A stretch of 64,000 nucleotides of DNA, from NCBI GenBank assembly GCA_963842945.1, contig CAWJIM010000016.1:96001-160000 (forward strand), in the 5' to 3' direction. The notes below the pieces were generated by a model. It had not been told where the DNA came from. It was given only the letters and a program-made list of their open reading frames with translations, and did not search any database. This DNA is from an uncultured Gemmatimonadales bacterium (GTDB lineage Bacteria > Gemmatimonadota > Gemmatimonadetes > Gemmatimonadales > GWC2-71-9). The position numbers and the translations under genes were made by a program. Shown here piece after piece: positions 63,483 to 64,000 of the stretch. Position 1 is the stretch's first letter. The number at the start of each line of letters is the position of its first letter.

Positions 63483-64000
63483 CAGACGACCGCTGGCGTT
63501 CTCCGCTGAGCACGCGCTACGCCTCGCCCGCCATGCAGACGCTCTGGGGCGAGGCGCGCCGGATTTCCCTCTGGCGCAGGCTCTGGCTGGCCCTGGCCGA
63601 ATCAGAGCGGGAGTTGGGCCTGGATATCCCCGATTCGGCCATCTCGCAGATGCGAGCCCACCTCGACGATGCCGATCTGGCGGCGGCTGCACGCTACGAG
63701 CGCCGATTCCGACATGATGTCATGGCTCACATTCACGCCTTTGCCGACCAGGCCCCCGCGGCTCGGCCGTTCCTCCATCTGGGCGCCACCAGCGCGTTTG
63801 TTACCGACAATGCGGACCTGATCGTCATGCGGGACGGTCTGCGGCTTCTGTTGGGCCGCCTGATTGCCGTGTTGCGCGCGCTGGAGCGGTTCGCCACTCG
63901 GTATGCCGGGCTGCCCTGCCTGGCTTACACTCACTTCCAGCCGGCCCAGCTTACCACGGTTGGAAAGCGGGCCACGCTATGGATGCAGGACTTTTCCCTC
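63479..64000 (+). CDS. purB: adenylosuccinate lyase, 5' part (truncated by window end)
   Basis: WRSPLSTRYAS, RRLWLALAE, RHDVMAH, HLGATSAFVTDNAD, YTHFQPAQLTTVGKR. Confidence 0.93.
   Translation, partial: MTDDRWRSPLSTRYASPAMQTLWGEARRISLWRRLWLALAESERELGLDIPDSAISQMRAHLDDADLAAAARYERRFRHDVMAHIHAFADQAPAARPFLHLGATSAFVTDNADLIVMRDGLRLLLGRLIAVLRALERFATRYAGLPCLAYTHFQPAQLTTVGKRATLWMQDFSL

Overview
GC-rich bacterial chromosomal segment, probably Gemmatimonadota. This is inferred from the 'ALAERYLLERELGAGGMATVFLAHD..H.RKVAIKV' kinase type and the general gene style; it is not verified. Many genes carry single-base frameshifts, including the essential aspS and housekeeping genes such as trpB, lexA, rlmN, phoH and ybeY, which most likely reflects long-read consensus indel errors. 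Layout: (1) 1-3.7 kb: MeaB, a B12 acyl-CoA mutase large subunit with isobutyryl-CoA mutase signatures, and an aeRF1-like (baeRF) gene. (2) 3.8-24.5 kb: accessory small genes, peptidases, an acylase and a Ser/Thr kinase, including a highly structured ~160-nt leader ahead of a gene with an N-terminal 'KRLVRGRMRKTGESYTAAR' module. (3) 24.5-37.6 kb: ptsN-like/aspS/phoH/7TM-HD/ybeY/two CNNM-CBS genes/mgtE/sulP/dedA, then rlmN. (4) 37.7-47.8 kb: a degraded four-helix-bundle gene flanked by heptamer repeats, then a serine-cycle operon (sgaA-mcl-mtkA-mtkB-hpr-ppc, divergent glycerate kinase) with a perfect Rex/CRP-type palindrome over its promoter. (5) 47.8-64 kb: panC/panB/folK, an MCP, a trp operon interrupted by HEAT and HD-GYP genes and by lexA (with a candidate direct-repeat SOS box), truA, degP-like and partial purB. 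No rRNA, tRNA, CRISPR array, integrase or transposase was recognised.
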